DNA of 64,000 nt, from assembly GCA_965227515.1 (NCBI GenBank), contig CBDDFZ010000002.1, positions 704,001-768,000 on the forward strand. The letters are read 5' to 3'. The notes under the pieces were generated by a model. That model worked only from the letters and a program-made list of their open reading frames with translations. It was not told the DNA's origin and ran no database searches. This document shows, piece after piece, positions 29,655 to 39,654 of this stretch. This DNA comes from Alphaproteobacteria bacterium. GTDB taxonomy: Bacteria > Pseudomonadota > Alphaproteobacteria > CALKHQ01. The translations under genes and the position numbers were made by a program. Every line of letters starts with the position of its first letter. The first letter of the stretch is position 1.

Positions 29655-29888
29655 ATGATGCGCATGCTCGGCATCCTGCTGATGCTGGCCTTCATGCTGG
29701 TCGCCTGCGGGCGCGGCTATGACGAGGCCGCGGTGCCGGATACGGTGCTGCTGCCGGGTGAGCAGGTGACGGAGCGGTGGTGCTACCGCACGCTTGGGCC
29801 CCCGGAATGCTACATGGAGCCCCAGGTCGGCGAGGCCAACCGGCTGGTCGTCATCGAGTTCGAGGACGAAGGCACCGTCGCGTTCTGA
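29655..29888 (+). CDS. Small lipoprotein with a CYRTLG..EC motif
   Basis: Lipobox LVAC; WCYRTLGPPECYMEP. Start uncertain. Confidence 0.72.
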   Translation: MMRMLGILLMLAFMLVACGRGYDEAAVPDTVLLPGEQVTERWCYRTLGPPECYMEPQVGEANRLVVIEFEDEGTVAF

Positions 29889-30012
29889 TCGGACGTTATC
29901 TTACCGGCCGTCACCTGACCGGACAGCCGGCACGGCAGAGTTCCGCCGCGTTTGTCAGCGGTTCTTCAATGCTTGTGCTGTAATGACATCCCTTTGTAAT
30001 GTCCGGCCCGCC

Positions 30013-30726
30013 ATGACACGCATCCTGCTGTTCCTCATCGCCATGCTCGCCTTTGCCGCCGAGGCAATGGCGCAGTCCGCACCGTCGTCTGCCGGCGGGG
30101 TCTATCGCTGGTACGTCAATGCCGCGAACGATGGCGACCCCGAAGCGCAGTTCATGCTGGGCCTGCAATACGAGCAGGGTTTCCGTGGCGAGGCGGAACT
30201 GGCCGAAGCGATGGACTGGTACATGCGCGCGGCGGAGAACGGCCATCCCCTGGCGCAATACCGGCTCGGCCTGTTGTTGCAGCGCGGCGCCGTCGGTCCG
30301 CCGGATGCCGAGGCCGCGCGGCGCTGGTTCTCGGCCGCCGCCGACCAGGGCCTGTCCGAGGCCGCCTACAACATGGCCTACATGCTGGAGACCGGGCAGG
30401 GCGGGGCGCCCGATCTGGCCCGCGCGGTCGACCTTTACAGGCTCGCCGCCAACCAGGGCCTGGAAGTCGCCTGGTACAATCTGGGCGGCCTGCTGGCGGT
30501 GTGGCCGGGCGCGCCCGACGACGATGTGGAGGCCTATATGTGGCTGCATCGCGCCGTCGGCGCTGGCATCGACGGTGCACTGGCACTGCGCGAGCGGCTG
30601 GCGCAGCGGATGACGCCCGACATGGTGGCCGAGGCGCGTGCGCTGGCATCGGCCGATTTGGCGGGCGATCTGGGGGCCGATTTGGGGGGCGATCCGCCCG
30701 CCGAAACCTTGCCCGTCGCCGAATAG
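30013..30726 (+). CDS. Secreted Sel1-repeat protein
   Basis: Signal peptide and several AQF.LG..Y..G / A..W...AA.QG Sel1 repeats. Confidence 0.9.
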   Translation: MTRILLFLIAMLAFAAEAMAQSAPSSAGGVYRWYVNAANDGDPEAQFMLGLQYEQGFRGEAELAEAMDWYMRAAENGHPLAQYRLGLLLQRGAVGPPDAEAARRWFSAAADQGLSEAAYNMAYMLETGQGGAPDLARAVDLYRLAANQGLEVAWYNLGGLLAVWPGAPDDDVEAYMWLHRAVGAGIDGALALRERLAQRMTPDMVAEARALASADLAGDLGADLGGDPPAETLPVAE

Positions 30727-30742
30727 AGTGCTTTTCCGTTGA

Positions 30743-30825
30743 TCTGCACCGGCCCTCACCCCCACCCGGCCACCCACGGCAGTATCCTGATTGGGTGGCC
30801 GGGTGGGGGTGAGGGCTGGCGCAGA
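30743..30825. repeat. Long G/C-skewed hairpin element, family H copy 2 (inverted relative to copy 1)
   Basis: 34-bp stem with a 15-nt loop CGGCAGTATCCTGAT, whose reverse complement shares CAGGATACT with copy 1. Confidence 0.92.
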
Positions 30826-30884
30826 CTCCGCGAAAGCGAAAAACGATCTGGTCGCCTGCCGCAACCGCACGCGGCACGACATCC

Positions 30885-32147
30885 GTGAAGATCCTCGTCT
30901 ACGGCCTCAACCACGCACCCGAACTGACCGGCGTCGGCAAGTTCACCGGCGAGATGGTGGCGTCCCTGGCCGCGCGCGGCCATGACGTACGCATCATCAC
31001 CACGCCGCCCTACTACCCCGAATGGCGCATCCATGACGGGTTTCGGCGCTGGTGGTGGGCACGGGAACGGCGCGACGGCGTGCGCGTGTTGCGTTGCCCG
31101 TTCTATGTGCCGCGCCGGCCGACCGGGAAGAAGCGGGCAATCCATCTGGCATCGTTCGCGATGACGAGTTGGCCGGCGGCGCTGTGGAAGGGCCTGTTCT
31201 GGCGGCCGCACGTGGTGATGGCGGTCGAGCCCACCTTCACCGTCCAGCCGATGGCGCTGGTGGCGTCGCGGCTGGCCGGCGCGGTCTCGTGGCTGCACGT
31301 GCAGGACCTGGAGATCGACGCCGCGTTCGCGCTGGGGCTGATTTCGGCCGATGGCCGGGCGGCGCGGACGATCCGTGCGCTGGAACGACGGCTGCTGCGC
31401 TGCTTCCACCGCATCACCACCATCACCCCGAACATGGCGGCGCGGCTGGCGGAAAAGGCGCCGACCCGCAATCCCATCGGGCAGCTGCCGAACTGGGTCG
31501 ACACCAAGGCGATCCACCCGTTACCGGCCGACGATGGCGTGGTGACGGCCCTGCGCCGGGGGTGGGGCGTCGCGCCCGACGGCGTGGTCGCCCTCTACAG
31601 CGGCAACCTCGGCGAGAAACAGGGGCTTGAGGATCTGGTCGAGGCGGCGCGGCGCCTGCGCGACCGCGACGACGTGTTCTGGGTCATCTGCGGCGAGGGC
31701 AGTGCCCGCGCCCGGCTGGAGCAAGCGGCGGCGGACCTGGGGCATGTGCAGTTCATCGACCTGCAGCCGCTCGACAGGCTGAACGCCCTGCTCGGCGCCG
31801 CCGACATCCACATGCTGCCGCAGCGTGCCGAAGCCGCCGACCTGGTGATGCCGTCCAAGCTGGGCGGCATGCTGGCCAGCGGCCGGCCGGTGGTCGCCGC
31901 GGCGGTGCCGGACACTCAGCTTGGCCGCGCCGTGGAGGGCTGCGGTACCGTGGTGCCGCCGGGCGAGCCGGCGGCCTTGGCGGACGCCGTGCGCGATCTG
32001 GCAGACGACCCAGACCGTCGGCACGCGCTGGGTCTTGCCGCCCGCCAGCGGGCCGAGACCGACTGGGACCGCGAGGCGATCATGGACCGGCTGGACCGCG
32101 ACCTTGCCGAAGCGGTCCAGGTCAAGCGGCGACGGTCAAAGACATAG
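30885..32147 (+). CDS. WcaI-family GT4 glycosyltransferase
   Basis: MKILVYGLNHAPELTGVGKFTGEM, HVQDLEIDAAF, YSGNLGEKQGLE, DLVMPSKL. Confidence 0.92.
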   Translation: MKILVYGLNHAPELTGVGKFTGEMVASLAARGHDVRIITTPPYYPEWRIHDGFRRWWWARERRDGVRVLRCPFYVPRRPTGKKRAIHLASFAMTSWPAALWKGLFWRPHVVMAVEPTFTVQPMALVASRLAGAVSWLHVQDLEIDAAFALGLISADGRAARTIRALERRLLRCFHRITTITPNMAARLAEKAPTRNPIGQLPNWVDTKAIHPLPADDGVVTALRRGWGVAPDGVVALYSGNLGEKQGLEDLVEAARRLRDRDDVFWVICGEGSARARLEQAAADLGHVQFIDLQPLDRLNALLGAADIHMLPQRAEAADLVMPSKLGGMLASGRPVVAAAVPDTQLGRAVEGCGTVVPPGEPAALADAVRDLADDPDRRHALGLAARQRAETDWDREAIMDRLDRDLAEAVQVKRRRSKT

Positions 32148-32182
32148 ATCCAACCGTTCACGCGCCATTGCCACCAATACCG

Positions 32183-32347
32183 CGTCGTCCTCGCCCTTGT
32201 GGCGAGGACCCATTTTCGTCCAATACATCAACGAGTTACAATTCTACCAGTGCGTAAGGGGCGGACCTTGGATCGAAAGCCCGCTCGCTCTGGCATGGTA
32301 GGCGCGATTGCCGAAATGGGCCCTCGCCACGGAGGGCGAGGGCGACA
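32183..32347. repeat. REPIN/MITE-like palindromic doublet, family A
   Basis: CGTCGTCCTCGCCCTTGTGGCGAGGACCCAT ... ATGGGCCCTCGCCACGGAGGGCGAGGGCGACA. Confidence 0.9.
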
Positions 32348-32402
32348 AGTGTTTGGTCCGCAGATGGAAAATTCCTACGCGAAATCTGAGCAGCAATTGC
32401 CG

Positions 32403-33326
32403 TCAGGCGGGCACTGACTCTGTCTCGCGAACCAGGCCGGTCCCGGCCAGCGCGTCCAACAACTCGCGCGCCGCGGCGTCGCCCAGCGGTTGTAGCGGCG
32501 GGCAGGTGCGCGCCCACTCCGGGTCGCCAAGGTTCTCCGCCACGATCCGCTTCAGCGCCGGCACCACTGGATGGGCCTGGATGATCTTGCGCAGGCGGGT
32601 AGCTTCCGCCTGCAAGTCGTCGGCCTCGGCGGTCTGCCACGCGGTGTAGATGCGCCGGATGCCGGTCGCATTGACGTTGCCGGTGGCGGTGATGCAACCG
32701 GCGGCCCCATGGCGCAAACCCTCCAGCAGGAACACCTCCGACCCCGGGAAGATGCGCAGGCCCGGGTGCGCCTCCAGCACCGCCTGGGTGTTTGACCAGT
32801 CGCCCGAGCTGTCCTTGATGCCGACGACCGTGCCGGGGAAGTCGGCCGCCAGCCGGCCGATCAGCTCCACGCTGAACCCGACCTGGGCCACCGGCGGGAT
32901 GTGGTAGAGCAGCACCTCGAGATCGGGCCGGGCGGCACGCTCGATGGTCGCGGCGACAAAGCGGTAGATGCCGTCGTCGCTGACGCCCTTGTAGTAGAAC
33001 GGCGGCAGCAGCAGCACCGCGCCGGCGCCGGCATCGGCCGCGTGGCGGGTCAGCTCGGCGGCGTCGTCGATGGCGCAGGCACCGGTGCCCGGCATCATCT
33101 TCTCGGCCGGGATGCCGGCGTCGATCAGGCCCTCGAGCTGGCGCATGCGCTGGCGCGGCGACATCGAGTTCGCCTCGCTGGTGGTGCCGAACACGGCAAG
33201 CCCATCCGCGCCCTCGTCCAACAGGCTTTGGCACAGCGCTGCGTGGCGCTTCACATCGGGGTTCAGGTCGGCGTCGAACGGTGTCAGCACCGGCACCCAA
33301 ACGCCGCCCAGGGGTTGTGTTGTCAT
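32403..33326 (-). CDS. Dihydrodipicolinate synthase (class I aldolase) family protein
   Basis: LTPF, FGTTSE, LYHIP and GIKDSSGD (Schiff-base Lys). Confidence 0.92.
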   Translation of the reverse strand: MTTQPLGGVWVPVLTPFDADLNPDVKRHAALCQSLLDEGADGLAVFGTTSEANSMSPRQRMRQLEGLIDAGIPAEKMMPGTGACAIDDAAELTRHAADAGAGAVLLLPPFYYKGVSDDGIYRFVAATIERAARPDLEVLLYHIPPVAQVGFSVELIGRLAADFPGTVVGIKDSSGDWSNTQAVLEAHPGLRIFPGSEVFLLEGLRHGAAGCITATGNVNATGIRRIYTAWQTAEADDLQAEATRLRKIIQAHPVVPALKRIVAENLGDPEWARTCPPLQPLGDAAARELLDALAGTGLVRETESVPA

Positions 33327-33374
33327 CGAGAATGCCTCCCTTGAATGCCTATTCGATTGTTGTGCGAGTAGCGG

Positions 33375-34343
33375 TCATGTCGCTGGCGGACGGTCGGCCG
33401 CCGGCAGGGGCCTGGCCGGTCGGTTCACCAGCACCAGGCCGACCAGCACCAGTGCGGTCGCGACCCAGATCAGCCAGTCATGGCTCTCCTGGAAGATAAC
33501 CATACCCCATAGAATGCCGGAGCAATTGACCACGAACGCCACCGTGCCCGCCACCACGGGGCCGACCATCCTAAGCAGCTCGAAGAAGATGGTGAAGGCG
33601 GTCGCGGTGATGACCATGTGGGCGATGATCGCCCAGTCGCGCACCCGCCAGTCGTTGAAATCGGGGATGTAGACGGAATCGGTCGCCACCGCGGCGATGG
33701 TCATGAACGTGCCGGCGGTCAGGGTCATGCCGCAGGCCAGGGCCAGCGAATGGCTGCCGGGCCCCACGGGACGCCAGCGCGCCATGCCGATGTTGCTGAA
33801 GGTGAAGCAGATCGGCGTCAGCAACGCCATCAGGATATAGGGTGTGCCATCGGCGCTGGGTACGCTGGCCTCGGGCACCACGATCAGGAGCGCGCCGGCC
33901 AGGCCGAACGCCACGCCAAGCACCCGGATCAACTGCGGTCGCTCCATGCCGATGGCGCTGGCTAGCCCGTAGGTCAGCACCGGCACCAGGGTGATCAGCA
34001 TGGCCATCATGCCGGCCGGCACCTCGCGCAGCACGAATACCATGTTGGCGTTGGGCAGCGCGAACCCGACGATGCCGGAGAACAGGTAATAGGCCAGGAA
34101 GCGCCGCTCCAGCTTGGGCGCCTGGCCGCGCGCCAGCGACAGCAGCAGCAACAGCAGGCCGCCGCCGACCGACTGCCACATCGCGTAGCCGAACGTCGAC
34201 ACGCCGTCGGTGCGCGCCAGCTTCGTGAGCGAGAAGGCCAGCCCCCACATCGTCCCCGCCGCCAGCAGCATGATCGCGGGCAGGGCTGCACGCACCAGCG
34301 GGGAGACCGGGTGCCGTTCAGGCGTGGCGCTTGGATGGGTCAC
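33375..34343 (-). CDS. DMT/EamA family transporter
   Basis: About 10 TM helices in two EamA repeats. Start uncertain. Confidence 0.88.
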   Translation of the reverse strand: MTHPSATPERHPVSPLVRAALPAIMLLAAGTMWGLAFSLTKLARTDGVSTFGYAMWQSVGGGLLLLLLSLARGQAPKLERRFLAYYLFSGIVGFALPNANMVFVLREVPAGMMAMLITLVPVLTYGLASAIGMERPQLIRVLGVAFGLAGALLIVVPEASVPSADGTPYILMALLTPICFTFSNIGMARWRPVGPGSHSLALACGMTLTAGTFMTIAAVATDSVYIPDFNDWRVRDWAIIAHMVITATAFTIFFELLRMVGPVVAGTVAFVVNCSGILWGMVIFQESHDWLIWVATALVLVGLVLVNRPARPLPAADRPPAT

Positions 34344-34396
34344 CGGCGGAACATAGGACTGTGCCGCCAATGGACCAAGCGCCAAATCGTCGGCCC

Positions 34397-34432
34397 GGCC
34401 ATGCCTTTGACGCGGGCCATGCCTTTGACGCA
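34397..34432. repeat. 18-bp direct repeat x2 in a divergent promoter region
   Basis: GGCCATGCCTTTGACGCG / GGCCATGCCTTTGACGCA. Confidence 0.8.
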
Positions 34433-34524
34433 GGTCGTGCCGCACGGTTGCGCCGGTGTGCCTCTGCCCGCAGGATGGTGTGATGACGACAACGTTGGGC
34501 AGCAGACAGATGGGGAGACGGATC

Positions 34525-34935
34525 ATGGGTAGGTGGATGGCAGCGATGTGCGGCGTGGCCGCGCTGGCGAGCGCGCCGACCGGTGCGGCCGTCGCACAGG
34601 ACTTCGAGCCGCACCAGATGGTCAGTGGTGACGACCTGGTGAGCGCGCTCGATGCGGACGATCCCCAGGGCATGGCTTTCATCGCTGGAGCGATGAGCAT
34701 TCTGTTGGTGCGGAGCTACCAGGACCCGATGTTCTGGTGGGTGCCGACCTGCCTGGCCCAGACCTTTGCCGGCCCGCGGCAGATCGCACCTGGCGTTTAC
34801 GACTACGTGGCCGCGTTGCCGGAGGATCGCGGGCGGTCGGCCCAAGTGGGGCTGGCGGCGAACGCGGTAATGTTCGCGCTGGCGGATTATTGCGGCCAGG
34901 AGGTCACCGACCTGGAATTCGGGGCATCGGAGTAG
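34525..34935 (+). CDS. Secreted Rap1a/Tai4 immunity-like protein
   Basis: Signal peptide; SGDDLV...FIAG...CL...YV...PE...A...AL...C pattern resembles the Rap1a family. Confidence 0.55.
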   Translation: MGRWMAAMCGVAALASAPTGAAVAQDFEPHQMVSGDDLVSALDADDPQGMAFIAGAMSILLVRSYQDPMFWWVPTCLAQTFAGPRQIAPGVYDYVAALPEDRGRSAQVGLAANAVMFALADYCGQEVTDLEFGASE

Positions 34936-34961
34936 CCGATCGGGTATGGCAAACTGGTTGC

Positions 34962-35726
34962 ATGACCCACATTTGGCGAGTCGAAGCTTGCGGCCCCAGC
35001 CTGTTGCGGCTGGACCGCAACGGCGCCGCGCTGGACCTGCCGGTGCGCTACAGCCCGCGCGCGCGCCGCATGCGCCTGCGGGTGGTGCCGGACGGCGTCG
35101 AACTCGTGCTGCCACAAGGCATGAAGCCGGCCGCCGCGGCCGATTTCGTGCGTCGCAACGCGACCTGGGTCATGCGCCAGCAGGCCGGCGCGCTGGAGAC
35201 GGTGGTGCTGTCTGTCGGGGCCAGCGTGCCGATCGAGGGGGACATGCATGCCATCGCGCAGCCCGACAGCCCGTCCGCGCGCGGTCCCGCCGGTGAGCGT
35301 GTGGCTTGGCGCGGCGACGGCTGCCTGATCGTGCGCGGCGATCCGGCCCACGTGCCGCGCCGGGTGGAGAGCTGGCTGCGCGGGCACGCGGCCGACACCA
35401 TCCGCCCGTGCGCCGCCGCCAAGGCCGCCCTCATCGACCGCCCGCCGCCGCCGGTCAGCGTGCGCGACCAGTCGTCACGCTGGGGCAGTTGCAGCGCTGC
35501 CGGGCGGCTGAATTTCTCTTGGCGGCTGGTCATGGCGCCTCCGGCTGTGCTGGACTATGTTGTCGCCCACGAGGTGGCGCATCTGCGTGAAATGAACCAC
35601 GGGCCGGCGTTCTGGCGGCTGTGTGGGGCACTCACCGACGGCGGCGCCGACAGCGCGGCCAGGTCGCGCAAATGGCTGCAGCGCCATGGCCGCGGCCTGC
35701 ATCGTTACACGTCGACACATTCCTAA
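34962..35726 (+). CDS. YgjP/M48-like (DUF45) metallohydrolase
   Basis: RARRMRLRV, SRWGSCS, LDYVVAHEVAHLREMNHGPAFW (HExxH). Confidence 0.92.
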   Translation: MTHIWRVEACGPSLLRLDRNGAALDLPVRYSPRARRMRLRVVPDGVELVLPQGMKPAAAADFVRRNATWVMRQQAGALETVVLSVGASVPIEGDMHAIAQPDSPSARGPAGERVAWRGDGCLIVRGDPAHVPRRVESWLRGHAADTIRPCAAAKAALIDRPPPPVSVRDQSSRWGSCSAAGRLNFSWRLVMAPPAVLDYVVAHEVAHLREMNHGPAFWRLCGALTDGGADSAARSRKWLQRHGRGLHRYTSTHS

Positions 35727-35797
35727 GATTGCGAAATTAAACGGATTTTCCTACAATTTTAGATAAGTTTTCGTCGTGTTTGCGACAGGAGGGCGTG

Positions 35798-36313
35798 ATG
35801 TCGTCAAAGGGTTTGTTGTCCACCATCGTCGTTGGCATTCTGCTTGTCGGTTGCGCCGCCGAGGAGGGAGCCGAGCCTCTCGCCGAGGCGACGCCCGGAA
35901 TCGTGGTGGCGGATGGCGACGCATCAGCCTTGGCGCCGGCCAGCGGTGGCGACCCCGCGGCGACCCTGGACCCGTCGTTGACCGGGGACGTCTCCGGCGA
36001 GACCATTCCGTCGGCGGTGGCCGATCCCGACGCGGCGCGTCCGGACGCCAACTTGCCGGCGGTGGACCGCGCCAACGGCATCTATGTCACCTGCGTGGTG
36101 GGTGCGTCCGCCAGCAGCTATGACGGGTCCGAGCCGGCGGACGACGTTGTCGAGATGGGGATCGACCGGTGCCGCAACGACTTCCGTCGCGCGGTGTGGG
36201 CCTATGAGGACACCGGGGCCTCGCCCAGCGAGTCAGACCGGTTCGCCCGTGGCCTGTTGAGCTATGCCCGCGAGCAGGCGCGTGCCGCGATTGCGGAGAT
36301 CGCCGGCTCCTGA
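35798..36313 (+). CDS. Hypothetical lipoprotein
   Basis: AGGAGG SD, lipobox LVGC, low-complexity linker and a two-Cys helical domain. Confidence 0.78.
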   Translation: MSSKGLLSTIVVGILLVGCAAEEGAEPLAEATPGIVVADGDASALAPASGGDPAATLDPSLTGDVSGETIPSAVADPDAARPDANLPAVDRANGIYVTCVVGASASSYDGSEPADDVVEMGIDRCRNDFRRAVWAYEDTGASPSESDRFARGLLSYAREQARAAIAEIAGS

Positions 36314-36321
36314 CCCCTCGT

Positions 36322-36431
36322 CGTCATTGCGAGGAGCGCCATTCAGGCGCGACGCGGCAATCCAGAGCGACGCCCGGTGGCATCACGGCAACCGCCTGGA
36401 TCGCGTCGTCGTTCCACTCCTCGCGATGACG
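36322..36431. repeat. CGTC-type REP doublet, family C
   Basis: CGTCATTGCGAGGAG...GACGCGGCAATCCAG ... CTGGATCGCGTCGTC...CTCCTCGCGATGACG. Confidence 0.85.
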
Positions 36432-36484
36432 CCAAGAATATTTGGAACTTCAGACGCTAGAGTTGTTCCTGGGGTTGGGTAGGC

Positions 36485-36521
36485 AAAAAAAGCGCCCGGG
36501 TGCCAATCAGCGCCCGGGCGT
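36485..36521 (-). terminator. Rho-independent terminator ~260 nt downstream of ctrA
   Basis: Minus strand: CGCCCGGGCGC-loop-GCACCCGGGCG then C and T7. Confidence 0.8.
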
Positions 36522-36782
36522 CAGTGTGATTCCAGGAGATAAAAAGTCGGACCACCGCAACCCGCGGCGCTCCTGCCCGATCCGGGTGGCGGCCGTTCCG
36601 CGATCCGCGGTCTGGCCTGATGCCACCATGTGAACCGAACGTCCGTATGTCGCGGGCGGCACCGGGTGGGTTTCAAGCCGGTGCCACATTTCGGCCGCAA
36701 ACCGTGACCGTCGTCACAGGAGATGGAGCGGAGTCCCCGCCTGCTCTCGGTTCGCCGGATAACTCGGGATTGCCGGGGGTCG

Positions 36783-37538
36783 TCAGCTCGCCTTGGCGAG
36801 CGACATCAGGTCGTCGGATTGCCCGACGGGCACACCGGCGCTGTGCTGGTGCTCGTCGTCCGACTGCGGGTCGCGCAGCACATAGCCACGGCCCCACACG
36901 GTCTCGATGTAGTTTGCGCCGCCAGTGGCCGTCGACAGCTTCTTGCGCAGCTTGCACACGAAGACGTCGATGATCTTCAGCTCCGGCTCGTCGATACCGC
37001 CGTAGAGATGGTTGAGGAACATTTCCTTGGTCAGGGTCGTGCCCTTGCGCAGGCTCAACAGCTCCAGGATGCCGTATTCCTTGCCGGTCAGGTGCAGCGG
37101 CTTGCCTTCCACGTCCACGGTGCGGGCGTCCAGGTTCACGGCAAGCTTGCCGGTGCGGATGATCGATTCCGAATGGCCCTTCGAGCGGCGGATGATGGCG
37201 TGGATACGCGCGATCATCTCGGCCTTGTCGAACGGCTTGGTCAGGTAGTCGTCGGCACCGAAGCCGAGGCCCTTCACCTTGTTGTTGGGCTCGTTCAGGC
37301 CCGACAGGATCAGGATCGGGGTCTGCACCCGCGCCGCGCGCAGCCGCCGCAGCACTTCGTAACCGTCGATATCGGGCAGCATCAGGTCGAGGACGATAAT
37401 GTCGTAGTCATAAAGCTTACCGATCTCCAGGCCGTCTTCGCCCAGGTCGGTGGTGTCGACCACGAAACCCTCGGATTGAAGCATCATCTCGATGCTACGC
37501 GCCATTGGCGTGTCGTCTTCAACCAACAAAACCCGCAT
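36783..37538 (-). CDS. ctrA: Cell cycle master response regulator CtrA
   Basis: MRVLLVEDD...[23 protein letters not shown]...[31 protein letters not shown]...[13 protein letters not shown]. Confidence 0.98.
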   Translation of the reverse strand: MRVLLVEDDTPMARSIEMMLQSEGFVVDTTDLGEDGLEIGKLYDYDIIVLDLMLPDIDGYEVLRRLRAARVQTPILILSGLNEPNNKVKGLGFGADDYLTKPFDKAEMIARIHAIIRRSKGHSESIIRTGKLAVNLDARTVDVEGKPLHLTGKEYGILELLSLRKGTTLTKEMFLNHLYGGIDEPELKIIDVFVCKLRKKLSTATGGANYIETVWGRGYVLRDPQSDDEHQHSAGVPVGQSDDLMSLAKAS

Positions 37539-37633
37539 AAGCCAACTCCCCGAAGTACGCAGCGGGTGGCGGCTGTCGAGAGCCGCTCCGCGCTCCTGCA
37601 ATTCCAACTTAAGGTTAACCTATTCGGCAGTTC

Positions 37634-37649
37634 GTTAAACAACGGTTAA
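37634..37649 (-). promoter_or_regulatory. Consensus CtrA binding site in the ctrA/fliI divergent promoter
   Basis: Minus strand TTAA-CCGTTGT-TTAAC; extra half-sites at 37609-37620; GATTC at 37761. Confidence 0.88.
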
Positions 37650-37783
37650 GCCACCTTACCACGCTGACAGATATAAATGTGGCATCGGCGCGGCACGTTT
37701 TACGCCCCCTTAAGCAAGCGGGGCTAGCTTCCGATCAGAAGCGTGCTGCGGCACGCGGGCGATTCACGGCGAGCCAAGCGGCG

Positions 37784-39160
37784 ATGTCCATAGTTGTTGA
37801 CGACCTACTGCGGCGGATCGAAAGCGTACCGAGCCCCCGAATCTATGGGCGTGTGACGAGTGTCCACGGCCTGCAGGTCGAGGTCGGCGGCGCCCATCGC
37901 GCCATGACCGTCGGCACCCGATGCCGCATCGCCGGCCAAACCGGCCCGGCCGTGCTGGCCGAGGTGGTCGGTTTTCGGCGCGATCGTGCGATCCTGATGC
38001 CGTTCGGTTCCACCGAGGGCGTCGGCATGGGGTGCCGGGTCGAAATTTGCGGCGACGCGCCGATGGCTTATCCCAATGCGGCTTGGCTGGGCCGGGTCGT
38101 TAACGCGCTCGGCGAGCCGATCGACGGCAAGGGACCGCTGCCGCAAGGCCCGATGGGCTATCGGCTGCGGGGCAGCCCGCCGTCGGCCCATGCCCGCGAC
38201 CGGGTCGGCGACAAGATCGATCTCGGCGTGCGCGCGCTCAACACCTTTCTTACTGTGTGCCGTGGCCAGCGCATGGGGATCTTTGCCGGCTCGGGCGTCG
38301 GCAAGTCGGTTCTGCTGTCGATGCTGGCGCGCCATACCAATTGCGACGCCGCGGTGATCGCCCTGGTCGGCGAGCGTGGCCGCGAGGTGCAGGAGTTCCT
38401 GACCGACGATCTGGGGCCGGAGGGTCTGGCCCGCAGCATCGTGGTGGTCGCGACCTCCGACGAGCCGCCGCTGATGCGCCGCCGGGCGGCCCAGCTTGCG
38501 ATGACGTGCGCCGAATATCTGCGCGACCGCGGTAATGACGTGTTGTGCCTGATGGACAGCGTGACCCGCTACGCCATGGCGATGCGCGAGATCGGGCTGT
38601 CGGCCGGCGAGCCGCCCGCGACCAAGGGCTATCCGCCGTCCGTCTTCGCCGACCTGCCGAAACTGCTGGAGCGCGCCGGACCCGGCGTGGCCGGCCAGGG
38701 CTCGATCACCGGCCTGTTCACCGTTCTGGTGGAAGGCGGCGACCATGACGAGCCGGTGTCCGATGCGGTGCGCGGCATTCTGGACGGCCATGTGGTGATG
38801 GAGCGCGCCATTGCCGAACGCGGCCGCTACCCCGCCATCAACATCCTGCGCTCGATCTCCCGCACCATGCCGGGCTGCAACACGCCCTGGGAGACGAAGC
38901 TGGTGCGCCGGGCGCGCCAGTTGATGGCCGACTACGCCGATATGGAAGAACTGATCAAGCTCGGCGCCTACCGCGCCGGCTCGAACCCGGAGACCGACGA
39001 AGCGATCTCCGTTCACCCCGCCCTGGAAGAGTTTCTCGGCCAGGATAAGGATGACCACACCTGTCTCGACGAAGGTTATCGGCAGCTTGCCGAGATTGTC
39101 GGGATCCCGAACGAAGAGGCCTCGAGAACCGAGGCGCCGAGTGAGGAAGCGAACTCATGA
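37784..39160 (+). CDS. fliI: Flagellar export ATPase
   Basis: [41 protein letters not shown]. Confidence 0.97.
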   Translation: MSIVVDDLLRRIESVPSPRIYGRVTSVHGLQVEVGGAHRAMTVGTRCRIAGQTGPAVLAEVVGFRRDRAILMPFGSTEGVGMGCRVEICGDAPMAYPNAAWLGRVVNALGEPIDGKGPLPQGPMGYRLRGSPPSAHARDRVGDKIDLGVRALNTFLTVCRGQRMGIFAGSGVGKSVLLSMLARHTNCDAAVIALVGERGREVQEFLTDDLGPEGLARSIVVVATSDEPPLMRRRAAQLAMTCAEYLRDRGNDVLCLMDSVTRYAMAMREIGLSAGEPPATKGYPPSVFADLPKLLERAGPGVAGQGSITGLFTVLVEGGDHDEPVSDAVRGILDGHVVMERAIAERGRYPAINILRSISRTMPGCNTPWETKLVRRARQLMADYADMEELIKLGAYRAGSNPETDEAISVHPALEEFLGQDKDDHTCLDEGYRQLAEIVGIPNEEASRTEAPSEEANS

Positions 39161-39603
39161 AGAGCTTAGACACCATCATCCGCCTGAAGAAGTGGCAGCT
39201 CAACGACAAGCAGCGCAAGCTGGCCGACCTCAGGCGCATGCGTGACGACCTGGAGCAGCGGACCCGCACCCTGGAGGCGGAAATCGAGTCCGAGGCCGGC
39301 GTGACCGGCGAACAGGCGACCGGCGCGATGGTCTATGGCGTCTACGCCCAGGCGGCGCTGGATCGGCGCGATCGCCTGCGCAACTCGATTGCCGAAGTCG
39401 ACACCGAGATCACGGCTTGCGCCGAAGAGCTGGCCGAGGCGTTCGAGGAAGTGAAGAAGCACGAGATCAGCCGCGATGCCCGCCATCGCCGGGCGCGGGT
39501 GCTGGCCAACCGCCGCCAGCAGGCGACCATGGACGAGATGGCGCAGGACCTGATGCGCCAGGGCGGTGGCTACGGCTCCCCGGCGCTGGCCGGCGCGGAG
39601 TAG
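39157..39603 (+). CDS. fliJ: Flagellar export chaperone FliJ
   Basis: Coiled-coil 148 aa coupled to fliI by ATGA overlap; AFEEVKKHE. Confidence 0.88.
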   Translation: MKSLDTIIRLKKWQLNDKQRKLADLRRMRDDLEQRTRTLEAEIESEAGVTGEQATGAMVYGVYAQAALDRRDRLRNSIAEVDTEITACAEELAEAFEEVKKHEISRDARHRRARVLANRRQQATMDEMAQDLMRQGGGYGSPALAGAE

Positions 39604-39654
39604 GCGGCGCGCTGTTCCACTCCACGCGTTCCACGCGTGTCACCAACACACCAT

